In this document: positions 25,195 to 34,882 of the stretch, piece by piece | Position numbering within the stretch: the first letter of the stretch is position 1 | How the letters are laid out: the number at the start of each line of letters is the position of its first letter | From: an uncultured Synechococcus sp. | Lineage (GTDB): Bacteria; Cyanobacteriota; Cyanobacteriia; PCC-6307; Cyanobiaceae | Direction: 5' to 3' | Assembly (NCBI GenBank): GCA_937930135.1 | Contig: CALGVO010000186.1 | Span: forward strand, 4,324-68,323 | DNA length: 64,000 bases | The notes under the pieces: generated by a model | Databases searched by the model: none | What the model saw: the letters and a program-made list of their open reading frames with translations, nothing else | Told to the model about the DNA's origin: nothing | Translations under genes and position numbers: made by a program

Positions 25195-27963
25195 ATGGCC
25201 GAAACCGACACCCTGGCTGCAGAGTCCGCAAGCGTGGGGTCGCCGGATCCGGCGCAGATTTTTCCCTTCCCCCTGGATGAGTTCCAGCTGGAGGCGATCG
25301 AGGCCCTCAATCAGGGCCATTCCGTGGTGGTGAGCGCACCGACGGGATCGGGCAAGACCCTGGTGGGGGAATACGCCATCTATCGGGCGATCGCGCATCG
25401 CCAAAAGGTGTTTTACACCACGCCGCTCAAGGCGTTGTCCAATCAGAAACTGCGGGATTTCCGCGCCCAGTTCGGGGCGGAGAACGTGGGCCTGATGACC
25501 GGTGATCTCAGCGTCAACCGGGAGGCCTCCATCGTGGTGATGACCACCGAGATCTTCCGCAACATGCTCTACGCGGAGGCGGATGAGAGTGACGATCCAC
25601 TGGCGGATGTGGAGGCGGTGGTGCTCGATGAGTGCCACTACATGAACGACTCCCAGCGGGGCACGGTCTGGGAGGAGTCGATCATTCACTGCCCACCTTC
25701 GGTGCAATTGGTGGCCCTCTCAGCCACGGTGGCCAATGCCGGCCAACTCACCGACTGGATCGAGCGGGTGCACGGCCCCACCCGGCTCGTTCTCAGTGAT
25801 CATCGGCCCGTCCCCCTGCAGTTCAGTTTCTGCAGTGCCAAGGGTCTGCACCCGCTGCTGAACGATCAGGGCACCGGTCTCCATCCCAACTGCAAGGTCT
25901 GGCGTGCTCCAAAAGGGAGCAAACGCAAAGGCCGCTCCCCCAAGCCGCCCCAGCCCGAGCCACCGCCGATCAGTTTCGTGGTCGCCCAGATGGCCGAACG
26001 GGACATGCTTCCTGCCATCTATTTCATTTTCAGCCGGCGCGGTTGCGACAAGGCGGTGCGCGATCTCGGCGTGCAATGTCTCGTGAATGAGAACGAGCAG
26101 GCGAGGATCCGCGAGCGCTTCAAGGCCTATGCCAGCGCCAATCCGGAGGCGGTGCGCGATGGGGTGCATGCGGACGCTCTCCTGCGCGGCATCGCCGCTC
26201 ACCATGCCGGCGTGCTTCCCGCCTGGAAGGAGCTGATCGAGGAGCTCTTCCAGGAGGGGTTGGTGAAGGTCGTGTTTGCCACGGAAACCCTGGCGGCCGG
26301 CATCAACATGCCGGCGCGCAGCACCGTGATCGCGGCGTTGTCCAAGCGCACCGAGCGGGGCCATCGGCCACTGATGGCAAGTGAGTTTCTGCAGATGGCC
26401 GGTCGCGCCGGTCGGCGTGGTCTCGATTCCCAGGGTTATGTGGTGACGGTGCAAAGCCGGTTTGAGGGGGTGCGTGAGGCCGGGCAGCTGGCCACCAGCC
26501 CCTCCGATCCGCTTGTGAGTCAGTTCACCCCGAGTTACGGCATGGTGCTGAATCTGTTGCAGCGCCACGATCTGGCGAAGGCGCGGGAGCTGGTGGAGCG
26601 CAGTTTCGGCCGCTACCTCGCCAGCCTCGATCTGGTCGAGGAGGAGGAGATCCTCACCCAGTTGCGTCTCCAGCTCGGTCAGCTGCAGGGCTCGGCGGGC
26701 GATGTGCCCTGGGAAGACTTCGAGGACTACGAGAAACGGCGTGGTCGCTTGCGCGAGGAGCGTCGCTTGCTCAGGATCCTGCAGCAACAGGCGGAAGAAA
26801 CCCTGGCCCACGAGCTCACACTGGCGCTGCAGTTCGCCAGTGTCGGCACCTTGGTGAGCCTCAAGGCGCCCCAACTTCGGGGGGTGGTCACGCCCGCGGT
26901 CATCGTCGAGAAATGCGATGGCCCCGGTCAGTTCCCCCTGCTGCTGTGCCTCACCGACGACAACGTCTGGCTGTTGCTGCCCTGCCAGGCCGTGGTGAGC
27001 CTGCATGCGGAACTGAGCTGCCTTCAGGTGGAGGGGGTGAGTCCACCGGAGCTGCGCCGTGCCGGTGAACTGCGGCATGGTGATCAGCAGAGCGGTGGGT
27101 TGGCCCTGGCGGTGGGGCACATGGCCCAACGCCACGACATGACCACGCCCCAGTACGACCTGGCCGGTGAGGTGCTCTCCCAGGCGCGTCTGGTGGAGGA
27201 GCTGGAGGCTGATCTGGAGGCTCATCCGGCCCATCGCTGGGGTGATCGCCGTCAGTTGAAGAAGCATCGGCGCCGCATGGAGGAACTGGAGCTGGAAATC
27301 CGTGAGCGACAGCAGATGCTTCACCACCGGGCCAACCGGCACTGGGAGACCTTTCTGGCCTTGATTGAGATCCTGCAGCACTTCGGCTGCCTGGATGATC
27401 TGGAACCCACCGAAATCGGGCGGACCGTGGCGGCCCTGCGCGGTGACAACGAACTCTGGTTGGGCCTGGCGCTGATGAGTGGGCACCTGGATGAGCTGCA
27501 GCCAGCGGAACTGGCGGCGGTGTTCGAGGCGATCAGCACGGAGGTGAACCGCCCCGATCTATGGAGCGGTTTTCCGCCGCCGCCGCGGGCTGAGGAGGCT
27601 CTGCATGACCTGATGGGGATCCGTCGTGAGCTCTTGCGGGCCCAGGAGCGGGCCCAGGTGGTGGTGCCCGCCTGGTGGGAACCGGAGCTGATGGGACTGG
27701 TGGAGGCCTGGGCGAGCGGTACGGCCTGGAACGATCTGATTGCCAATACTTCCCTGGATGAGGGCGATGTGGTGAGGATCATGCGGCGCACGGTGGATCT
27801 GCTCGCCCAGGTGCCCTACTGCGAAGCGATCAGTGAGCAGCTGCGGCGCCATGCCCGTCAGGCGTTAAAGGCGATCAACCGTTTCCCGGTGGCGGAAGCC
27901 GAGGATCTGCTCAAGGCGACGGAGGCGGGTGGTCTGAATCCGGCGACGGAACGGGCCGCCTGA
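25195..27963 (+). CDS. Ski2/HelY-like DExH RNA helicase
   Basis: APTGSGKT, TPLKALSNQK, DECH, LSAT, TETLAAGINMPA, QMAGRAGRRG; C-terminal DEGDVVR (DSHCT-like). Confidence 0.92.
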   Translation: MAETDTLAAESASVGSPDPAQIFPFPLDEFQLEAIEALNQGHSVVVSAPTGSGKTLVGEYAIYRAIAHRQKVFYTTPLKALSNQKLRDFRAQFGAENVGLMTGDLSVNREASIVVMTTEIFRNMLYAEADESDDPLADVEAVVLDECHYMNDSQRGTVWEESIIHCPPSVQLVALSATVANAGQLTDWIERVHGPTRLVLSDHRPVPLQFSFCSAKGLHPLLNDQGTGLHPNCKVWRAPKGSKRKGRSPKPPQPEPPPISFVVAQMAERDMLPAIYFIFSRRGCDKAVRDLGVQCLVNENEQARIRERFKAYASANPEAVRDGVHADALLRGIAAHHAGVLPAWKELIEELFQEGLVKVVFATETLAAGINMPARSTVIAALSKRTERGHRPLMASEFLQMAGRAGRRGLDSQGYVVTVQSRFEGVREAGQLATSPSDPLVSQFTPSYGMVLNLLQRHDLAKARELVERSFGRYLASLDLVEEEEILTQLRLQLGQLQGSAGDVPWEDFEDYEKRRGRLREERRLLRILQQQAEETLAHELTLALQFASVGTLVSLKAPQLRGVVTPAVIVEKCDGPGQFPLLLCLTDDNVWLLLPCQAVVSLHAELSCLQVEGVSPPELRRAGELRHGDQQSGGLALAVGHMAQRHDMTTPQYDLAGEVLSQARLVEELEADLEAHPAHRWGDRRQLKKHRRRMEELELEIRERQQMLHHRANRHWETFLALIEILQHFGCLDDLEPTEIGRTVAALRGDNELWLGLALMSGHLDELQPAELAAVFEAISTEVNRPDLWSGFPPPPRAEEALHDLMGIRRELLRAQERAQVVVPAWWEPELMGLVEAWASGTAWNDLIANTSLDEGDVVRIMRRTVDLLAQVPYCEAISEQLRRHARQALKAINRFPVAEAEDLLKATEAGGLNPATERAA

Positions 27964-27967
27964 GGGG

Positions 27968-29365
27968 TCATCCGTGCGGCATGGTCATCGCGGCCGGATC
28001 AACGATCCGGTCAAAATCATCAGCGCTGACGTAGCCCAGCTCCAGGGCGGCATCGCGAAGGCTCGTACCCTGCTCATGGGCGTATTTCGCGATGGCACTG
28101 GCTTTGTCGTAGCCGATCACCGGGGCCAGGGGCGTCACGAGCATCAGGGATTGCTCGACGTCGCGTTGAATGCGGCTGAGGTTCGGTTCCATCCCTTCCA
28201 CCATCGCCACCCGGAAGCAGCGGCAGGCATCCGTGAGCAGGGTGATCGCCTGGAGCAGATTGAAGCCGATCAGCGGTTTGTAGACGTTCATCTGCAGGTG
28301 CCCACCGGCTCCCGCCATGGCCACAGCGGCATCGAGGCCGATCACCTGCGTGCACACCATCGCCATCGCTTCGCACTGGGTGGGATTCACCTTGCCGGGC
28401 ATGATCGAGCTGCCGGGTTCGTTTTCCGGCAGATGGAGTTCGGCCAGGCCGGCGCGGGGGCCGCAAGCCAGCAAGCGGATGTCGTTGGCGATCTTCAGCA
28501 GTGTCACCGCCAGCAGCCGCAGCTGACCCATGGCATGCACCAGGCCGTCATGGCTGGCCATCACGGCGAACTTGTTGACCGCTGAGCGGAAGGGCAGGCC
28601 GGTGAGGCGTGCAAGCTCGGCGGCGGCCTGCTCCGCAAAGCCATCGGGTGCGTTCAGGCCTGTGCCAACAGCCGTGCCGCCAAGGGGTAGAGGCAGCACT
28701 TCGGCGAGGCAGGCATCGATCCGCTCAGTGGCTGTGGCGATCTGGTCGCGCCAGGCGGACACTTCCTGGCCCAGGGTGAGCGGCACCGCGTCCTGCAGGT
28801 GGGTGCGGCCGATTTTTACAATCGCATTCCAGTCGTCGGCTTTCCTGGCTAAGGCCGCGTTCAGCCTTTGCAGTTCAGGCACTAGGCGGCGGCTGATCCC
28901 TTCGGCGGTTGCAACGTGGATGGCGGCCGGAAAGGCGTCATTGGTCGATTGCGAACGATTGACGTGATCATTCGGGTGCACCGGTCTGTTGCTTCCCAGG
29001 GGCTCGCCAGCGGACAGGGACGCGAGATTGCTGATCACCTCATTGAGATTCATGTTGGTCTGGGTGCCACTGCCGGTCTGCCAGACCCGTAAGGGGAAGT
29101 GCGCATCGTGCTGGCCTTCGGCTACCGCCTCCGCCGCCTCCACAATCAGAGCGCAACGCTCCTGATCGAGAACGCCCAGGCGGGTGTTCACCACGGCGGC
29201 CACCTGTTTGATCCGTGCCAGGGCGTGGATCAGTTCCAGGGGAACGGTGTCCTGGCTGATGGCGAAATTCTGAAGCGAGCGTTGGGTCTGAGCGCCCCAG
29301 AGAGCCTCAGCTGGCACCTCCACTGGCCCCATGCTGTCGTGATCGGTCCGGATCGCATGCGTCAT
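27968..29365 (-). CDS. fumC: class II fumarate hydratase
   Basis: WQTGSGTQTNMN, HPNDHVN, KIGRTHLQDA, GSSIMPGKVNP. Confidence 0.97.
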   Translation of the reverse strand: MTHAIRTDHDSMGPVEVPAEALWGAQTQRSLQNFAISQDTVPLELIHALARIKQVAAVVNTRLGVLDQERCALIVEAAEAVAEGQHDAHFPLRVWQTGSGTQTNMNLNEVISNLASLSAGEPLGSNRPVHPNDHVNRSQSTNDAFPAAIHVATAEGISRRLVPELQRLNAALARKADDWNAIVKIGRTHLQDAVPLTLGQEVSAWRDQIATATERIDACLAEVLPLPLGGTAVGTGLNAPDGFAEQAAAELARLTGLPFRSAVNKFAVMASHDGLVHAMGQLRLLAVTLLKIANDIRLLACGPRAGLAELHLPENEPGSSIMPGKVNPTQCEAMAMVCTQVIGLDAAVAMAGAGGHLQMNVYKPLIGFNLLQAITLLTDACRCFRVAMVEGMEPNLSRIQRDVEQSLMLVTPLAPVIGYDKASAIAKYAHEQGTSLRDAALELGYVSADDFDRIVDPAAMTMPHG

Positions 29366-29463
29366 GGCTTCGGGTTGCTCCGCAGCACCAGCGTGATGAT
29401 CAGCACCAGGCCGCTCAGGCTGATGCCCACGTAGATCCAGTCGGCGTAGGGGGTCCAGAACAT
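29362..29463 (-). CDS. 33-aa single-TM peptide
   Basis: MFWTPYADWIYVGISLSGLVLIITLVLRSNPKP; AAGG just upstream; stop overlaps fumC start (ATGA). Confidence 0.7.
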   Translation of the reverse strand: MFWTPYADWIYVGISLSGLVLIITLVLRSNPKP

Positions 29464-29476
29464 CGCCTTGTGCGAC

Positions 29477-30772
29477 TCAAAGGCCGAGGCGATCCCAGAT
29501 CACGCCGAGATTGGCCTGATGGAGGTCGGTGCTGAAGCAGTCAGCTAGCTGCTCGGCGCTGAGTTTGCCGGTCACCTCCGGATCCGCCGCCAGGTTGGCG
29601 CGGAAGTCGCCGCCGTTGCTGTTCCAGGCGCAGTGGGCGTTGCGTTGCACCACCCGATAGGCGTCCTCCCGGCTCATGCCGGCGTCCACCAGGCCCAGCA
29701 ACACGCGCTGACTGAACACCACGCCGCCATACACATTCATGTTGCGGCGCATGTTGTCGGGGTAGACCCCGAGGCCCGCCACAACAGCCGTCATTTCCCG
29801 CAGCATGAAATGCAGGGTCACCGAACAGTCAGGCAGCATCATCCGCTCGGTGGAGCTATGGCTGATGTCACGCTCGTGCCAGAGGGCTACGTTCTCGAGG
29901 GCTGCCACCACATAACTGCGCAGCACCCGAGCCAGGCCGCTGATGCGTTCACTGCGGATCGGGTTGCGTTTGTGGGGCATGGCCGAGCTGCCCTTCTGGC
30001 CTTTGGCAAAGCTTTCCTCCACCTCCAGAACGTCGGTGCGCTGCAGGTTGCGGATTTCGGTGGCGAAGCGATCGAGGGATGCGCCCACCAACGCCAGGGT
30101 CTGCACATAGTCGGCGTGACGATCACGGGAGATCACCTGGGTGCTGGCGGTGTCTGGCCTGAGGCCGAGGCGCTCGCAGGTGAGGCGCTCCACCTCGGGA
30201 TCGGTGTTGGCGTAGGTGCCCATCGCGCCGCTGATCTGGCCGACGGCCACATCCCGCTCCAGCCGCTCGAGGCGCTCGGCGTTGCGCCGCGTCTCCGCGA
30301 GCCAGCCGGCCAGCTTGAAGCCGAATGTGATCGGTTCGCCATGGATGGCGTGGGAACGGCCGATCATCACGGTGCCTTTGTGCTCGGCAGCCAGCGCGGC
30401 AATGGCCTGATCCAGTGCCGACAGCTCCTTGCGCAGCAGGGCGACGGAGGCTTTCAGCTGCAGCGCCAGACCGGTGTCGAGCACGTCGCTGCTGGTCATC
30501 CCCACGTGGATGTAACGGCCTGCATCCCCCACGTGTTCGTTGACGTTGGTGAGGAAGGCGATCACGTCATGACGCACTTCCGCTTCGATGGCGAGGATCC
30601 GCTCGGGCTCGAAACACGCTTTGGCGCGAATCTCCTGCATGGCTGACTCGGGGACGCGACCGAGGCTGCAATTGGCTTCGCAGGCGGCGACTTCCACGTC
30701 GAGCCAGCTTTGATATTTGGCCCTGTCCGTCCAGAGCTCGCCCATCTCGGGCAGGGTGTAGCGCTCGATCAA
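29477..30772 (-). CDS. purB: adenylosuccinate lyase
   Basis: MIERY, RHDVIAF, GMTSSD, GRSHAIHGEP, GSSAMPHKRNP. Confidence 0.97.
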   Translation of the reverse strand: MIERYTLPEMGELWTDRAKYQSWLDVEVAACEANCSLGRVPESAMQEIRAKACFEPERILAIEAEVRHDVIAFLTNVNEHVGDAGRYIHVGMTSSDVLDTGLALQLKASVALLRKELSALDQAIAALAAEHKGTVMIGRSHAIHGEPITFGFKLAGWLAETRRNAERLERLERDVAVGQISGAMGTYANTDPEVERLTCERLGLRPDTASTQVISRDRHADYVQTLALVGASLDRFATEIRNLQRTDVLEVEESFAKGQKGSSAMPHKRNPIRSERISGLARVLRSYVVAALENVALWHERDISHSSTERMMLPDCSVTLHFMLREMTAVVAGLGVYPDNMRRNMNVYGGVVFSQRVLLGLVDAGMSREDAYRVVQRNAHCAWNSNGGDFRANLAADPEVTGKLSAEQLADCFSTDLHQANLGVIWDRLGL

Positions 30773-30841
30773 GGGCCAGCGCGTGGCAACAACTCAACCA
30801 ATGTATGGCGTGGCCTGAGGCGGACGATCGTGGCTGTGACG

Positions 30842-31036
30842 TCAGGCCGAGGTGAGGCGGTTGTGCTCCACCTCCCATTGCACATGGTGTCCCCAAGCCT
30901 GCTGGCGCACCCAGCATCGCCCTCCCCGGCATTGGATCACCTGAAAGGGAGGGAGATCATTGGGGTGGTTGTCGAGAGTCACGAACGTGCCTGGAGCGAG
31001 CAGTTCGAGAACGGGTGTTGCCTCTTGGTGCGGCAC
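30842..31036 (-). CDS. small hypothetical protein (64 aa)
   Basis: GTG 31036: MPHQEATPVLELLAPGTFVTLDNHPNDLPPFQVIQCRGGRCWVRQQAWGHHVQWEVEHNRLTSA. Confidence 0.6.
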   Translation of the reverse strand: MPHQEATPVLELLAPGTFVTLDNHPNDLPPFQVIQCRGGRCWVRQQAWGHHVQWEVEHNRLTSA

Positions 31037-31204
31037 GCTCTGCAGATGGGGCCGATGGGACGAGCGACGACGCTGGTTGGATCGGGGGGGCTGTTGAGCG
31101 GACACGTCCCTGCGGGCGGCTTGGATTGATCTTCCCGGTGGTTCCAGCAGTGCTGAGGGGAACCTCTGCTTTTGTTCGGTTTTCCCCTCTGCTTTTATGA
31201 CGAA

Positions 31205-32020
31205 ATGGCCCGTAAACACCGCCTGGATCTGCATCTGCTGACGCTGGGGCTGGTGCCGTCCCGTCAGCAGGCCCAGCAGTTGATCCGTGCCGGTCGGGTG
31301 CGGGATGGCCGCGGTCAGTTGCTCGATAAACCAGGTCAGGACGTGCCGACGGATCTGGAGGTGCACGTCGAGCAGCCACCACGCTTTGTCTCCCGCGGTG
31401 GTGAGAAGCTTCTGGCTGCCCTCGAGGCTTTTCCCCTGAAGCTGGAGGGTCGGATCTGCCTCGATGGCGGCATCTCAACCGGCGGATTCACCGACTGCCT
31501 CCTTCAGCATGGGGCTGCTCGGGTCTATGGCATTGATGTGGGCTACGGGCAGACGGCCTGGAGCCTGCGCACCGATGATCGGGTGATCCTGCGGGAACGC
31601 ACCAATCTCAGGCGGCTGACACCGGAGGATCTGTTCGACCCAGCGGATCCGCGACCGACTCTGGCGGTTGCGGATGTGTCCTTCATTTCACTGGGTTTGG
31701 TGCTGCCGGCATTACGAGGCCTGCTGCAAGCTGAGGGCTCCGAGGCTGTGGTGTTGGTGAAACCGCAGTTTGAAGTGGGGCGAGAGCGGGTCGGTAAAGG
31801 TGGTGTTGTGCGTGATCCCGACGCCCACGTTGTGGCCCTGCAGGGGGTGATCGCAGCAGCGGAGCCACTGGGTTGGAGTCCCCACGGTCTGGTGGCCTCC
31901 CCGATCACCGGCCCCGCCGGTAACCATGAATATTTGCTCTGGTTGGCTGAAGGGAAGCCCCAGACTCCCCTTCAGCTCCAGGCCATCGAGACGCTCGTGC
32001 GCACCACGCTGGCTGGATAA
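31205..32020 (+). CDS. tlyA: TlyA family rRNA 2'-O-methyltransferase
   Basis: S4-like RLDLHL, FVSRGGEKL, STGGFTDCLLQ, DVSFISL, VKPQFE, GNHEYL. Confidence 0.93.
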   Translation: MARKHRLDLHLLTLGLVPSRQQAQQLIRAGRVRDGRGQLLDKPGQDVPTDLEVHVEQPPRFVSRGGEKLLAALEAFPLKLEGRICLDGGISTGGFTDCLLQHGAARVYGIDVGYGQTAWSLRTDDRVILRERTNLRRLTPEDLFDPADPRPTLAVADVSFISLGLVLPALRGLLQAEGSEAVVLVKPQFEVGRERVGKGGVVRDPDAHVVALQGVIAAAEPLGWSPHGLVASPITGPAGNHEYLLWLAEGKPQTPLQLQAIETLVRTTLAG

Positions 32021-32030
32021 CGGTTGACGC

Positions 32031-32375
<345 letters not shown>

Positions 32376-32409
32376 TCAGGTGGGGTGGCGTTCAGTCAGG
32401 GGCAGTGTG

Positions 32410-32637
32410 TCAGATCCGTTTCGTTGCTGAAAGGGCCGGAAGCTGACTCACCTGCAGACCTGCTGCAATGGCGTCGTGGCGTAGGGCTTCCGCATCGGCG
32501 GAGGGGAGAGTGACCAGCCCATCGGCGAGAAGATCCCAGTGCTCCGCTTCAAAATGGGTTTGGAGCCAGAGCATGCCGTGAACGGTCCCCGGGCGCAGTC
32601 GGATCGATGGGTTGGAGCTGTAGAGGCAAAGATCCAT
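32410..32637 (-). CDS. small hypothetical protein (75 aa)
   Basis: MDLCLYSSNPSIRLRPGTVHGMLWLQTHFEAEHWDLLADG...; codirectional between DUF4278 and glnB. Confidence 0.6.
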   Translation of the reverse strand: MDLCLYSSNPSIRLRPGTVHGMLWLQTHFEAEHWDLLADGLVTLPSADAEALRHDAIAAGLQVSQLPALSATKRI

Positions 32638-32705
32638 GAAAGACCCAGGCGATGAATCCATTACGGCGCTTCGCCCGGGTCTGAGTTGTGCTTTTTGCAA
32701 CCGAA

Positions 32706-32924
32706 TCAGGAGTTGACCTGGTTCTGGGCCTCAGCCTGGCGGTGCTCGTAGGTGGCGCCGCGATAGTGCAGCTCAACGCCGGTCTCGGCAGCGGCGGCGT
32801 CATGACGCAGGGGGGCGTCGTAGTGCTGGCCGCGGTAAGTGTGATCCACCGCCTGCTTGCTGGGTTGCTCGTGCTGGCTGGCGTCGTAGGCGACGCCGCG
32901 GTAGGTGCGTTGTTGAACGGTCAT
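32706..32924 (-). CDS. DUF4278 domain protein with three YRG repeats
   Basis: TYRGVAY, TYRGQHY and HYRGATY repeats. Confidence 0.85.
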   Translation of the reverse strand: MTVQQRTYRGVAYDASQHEQPSKQAVDHTYRGQHYDAPLRHDAAAAETGVELHYRGATYEHRQAEAQNQVNS

Positions 32925-32984
32925 GGTGGGAGCCTCGAAGGGTTGGAAAGTCCCCGATGGGTCGGGGCCGCTTCGATGGAAGGA

Positions 32985-33027
32985 GCGTTGCTTCGCCTTG
33001 CGGAGGGGCTACTTCCGGCTGAACGAC
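32985..33027 (-). ncRNA. glutamine riboswitch (glnA-motif-like), P2-less variant
   Basis: Minus strand GTCGTTCAGCCGGAAGTAGCCCCTCCGCAAGGCGAAGCAACGC: CGTT/AACG P1, GGAAGTA/GAAG E-loop, GCC/GGC P3; 60 nt upstream of a DUF4278 gene. Confidence 0.65.
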
Positions 33028-33167
33028 AGATGCGGAGCACCCGTCAAGCTCAACGTTTTGTCCTTCAATACACTTCTACCCCATCGACGCTGTTCATGGT
33101 GAACGGTTTGCCTGTTTGTTTGTGAAAAGTTTGTGAGTTTGTAGCGTGCTGATGCTGTTGCGTCTGC

Positions 33168-33614
33168 GTGATGAGTTCGTCCACCTCCTCTGACTCTGCT
33201 TCTCACTCCTCTTCAGGCTCCTCGTCCACGCGCACGCCCCTGTATGGCGAACGCGCCATCGCCGACGCGGAGTTGATCTGTTTTGACAACCCCCGACCCG
33301 GCCGGCCCTATGAGATTGCGATCGAGCTGCCGGAGTTCACCTGTCTCTGCCCGTTTTCCGGTTATCCCGATTTCGCCGTTCTGCGCTTGCTCTACCAGCC
33401 CGGGCCCCGCGTGGTGGAGCTCAAGGCGATCAAGCTCTACGTGAACAGTTATCGCGATCGCACGATCTCCCATGAGGAGGTGACGAATCGGATCCTTGAC
33501 GACCTGGTGACGGCCTGCGACCCGGTCTGGATGCAGCTGGAGGCAGATTTTCATCCGCGGGGCAATGTGCACACCGTGGTGCGCGTCACGCACGGCTCGC
33601 GACAGCCGTGCTGA
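33168..33614 (+). CDS. queF: NADPH-dependent preQ0 reductase
   Basis: [32 protein letters not shown]; Ser-rich N-terminus makes the start uncertain. Confidence 0.93.
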   Translation: MMSSSTSSDSASHSSSGSSSTRTPLYGERAIADAELICFDNPRPGRPYEIAIELPEFTCLCPFSGYPDFAVLRLLYQPGPRVVELKAIKLYVNSYRDRTISHEEVTNRILDDLVTACDPVWMQLEADFHPRGNVHTVVRVTHGSRQPC

Positions 33615-34878
33615 TCAGTTCCGGCAGCTCCCGGGCGAAGCCCCCAAGGTTGCGGTTGCAGAGGCCAGCCACATGCAGCCGACGCCCATCAACATCCTGA
33701 ATCGCCCACAGCTGTCGGGTGGCCACCATGCTCAGGCCGCCCCCGAGCAGGGTGATGGCAAAGCCTGCATACACCAGGGGAACACCTGGATCGCGCTTGA
33801 GCAAGAGCCCGCTGGCGGGAAGGATGCTCCACACCCGCACCGGCAGACCGTTGATCTCCGCGGCATCGCCACCAGGGCGCAGGGTCGCGAGGGCCTCCCC
33901 TCCTGCGCCGAACACCTGCACCGGCCCCTGTTCGCTGCTCACTGTCAGCAGCACTGGTTCGCTGCCATCCGGCCGGGTCGGCAGCACCAGGCCCCAGAGT
34001 TGTTCCCCCAGCTCGGGAAAGCTCTGCAGGGGCAGCTGCAGCTTCGGGCTGTTGCCCAGCTGCACGGTGATCGTTGCCAGTGACCAATCGGCCTGATACA
34101 CCGTCATGCCGCGGTAGCGCAGCGGATGGTTGACGCTGATCTGCCGTTCGCTGTTGATGTCGTCGGGGCCCTGCAGGAGCAGCTGCGAGCGGAATTGTTC
34201 CGGCCGGCCGGCCGGGTCCCGATCGATCGCGAAGTCTTCCAGCGTGAGGGTGAGTTGGCTGTTGCCGGCGCGGTCGAGCAGGTCGAGGCTCCGGCCGGGA
34301 GCCAGGAAGCGTTCCAGCCGATGACCAGCCAGGGATCCCCAGGCGGCACCCAGCATGAGCAGCACCAGGCCGGTGTGCACCAGAAGGGGCCCGACCCGGC
34401 CCATGGTGCCGCGACGGGCCTGGATGCGCTTCTCTCCCTCCTGCACCTGCCAGCCCGATTGCCGCAACGTGTGGCTGAGCCTCAGAAGGGCCGCATCGGG
34501 ATCGGGCAGGCTGACGCTCTGTGCCAGCGCCAGCTTGCTCAACTGGCGTGGTTCCCGGTAATCCACCCAACGCAGAGCCGCCTGCAGGGCCGGCCACTGC
34601 CGGCGCCAGCTGCAGAGGATCAGCGCCAGACCCAGCCAGGCCAGCAGTCCCAGAAACCAGGTGCTGCTGTACACGTGGTCGAGCTGGAGCGTCAGCATCC
34701 AGTCGCCGTTGATCAGGCCGAGCCAGGGGGTGGCGTTGAAGCGCTCCAGATAGAGCGCAGGGGCTTCGCCCTGGGGCAGGATTGTGCCAATGGCACTGGC
34801 CAGGGCGATGAGGAGCAGCAGTCCGATCGCCAGTCGCAGGTCTGACAGCAGGGCAGCCAGGCGGCGCATGGCAGTCAT
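33586..34878 (-). CDS. ccsB: cytochrome c biogenesis protein CcsB/Ccs1 (ResB family)
   Basis: [57 protein letters not shown]. Confidence 0.9.
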   Translation of the reverse strand: MTAMRRLAALLSDLRLAIGLLLLIALASAIGTILPQGEAPALYLERFNATPWLGLINGDWMLTLQLDHVYSSTWFLGLLAWLGLALILCSWRRQWPALQAALRWVDYREPRQLSKLALAQSVSLPDPDAALLRLSHTLRQSGWQVQEGEKRIQARRGTMGRVGPLLVHTGLVLLMLGAAWGSLAGHRLERFLAPGRSLDLLDRAGNSQLTLTLEDFAIDRDPAGRPEQFRSQLLLQGPDDINSERQISVNHPLRYRGMTVYQADWSLATITVQLGNSPKLQLPLQSFPELGEQLWGLVLPTRPDGSEPVLLTVSSEQGPVQVFGAGGEALATLRPGGDAAEINGLPVRVWSILPASGLLLKRDPGVPLVYAGFAITLLGGGLSMVATRQLWAIQDVDGRRLHVAGLCNRNLGGFARELPELISTAVASRA

Positions 34879-34882
34879 CGGT

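Noticed and set aside
25195-27963. Ski2-like helicase as part of an anti-phage system
   Set aside because: Housekeeping context, host-like composition, no adjacent nuclease or defence genes
33168-33230. Ser-rich, pyrimidine-rich start of queF as a tandem repeat or preQ1 riboswitch
   Set aside because: No regular repeat unit and no preQ1 stem with A-rich tail; probably a low-complexity N-terminus
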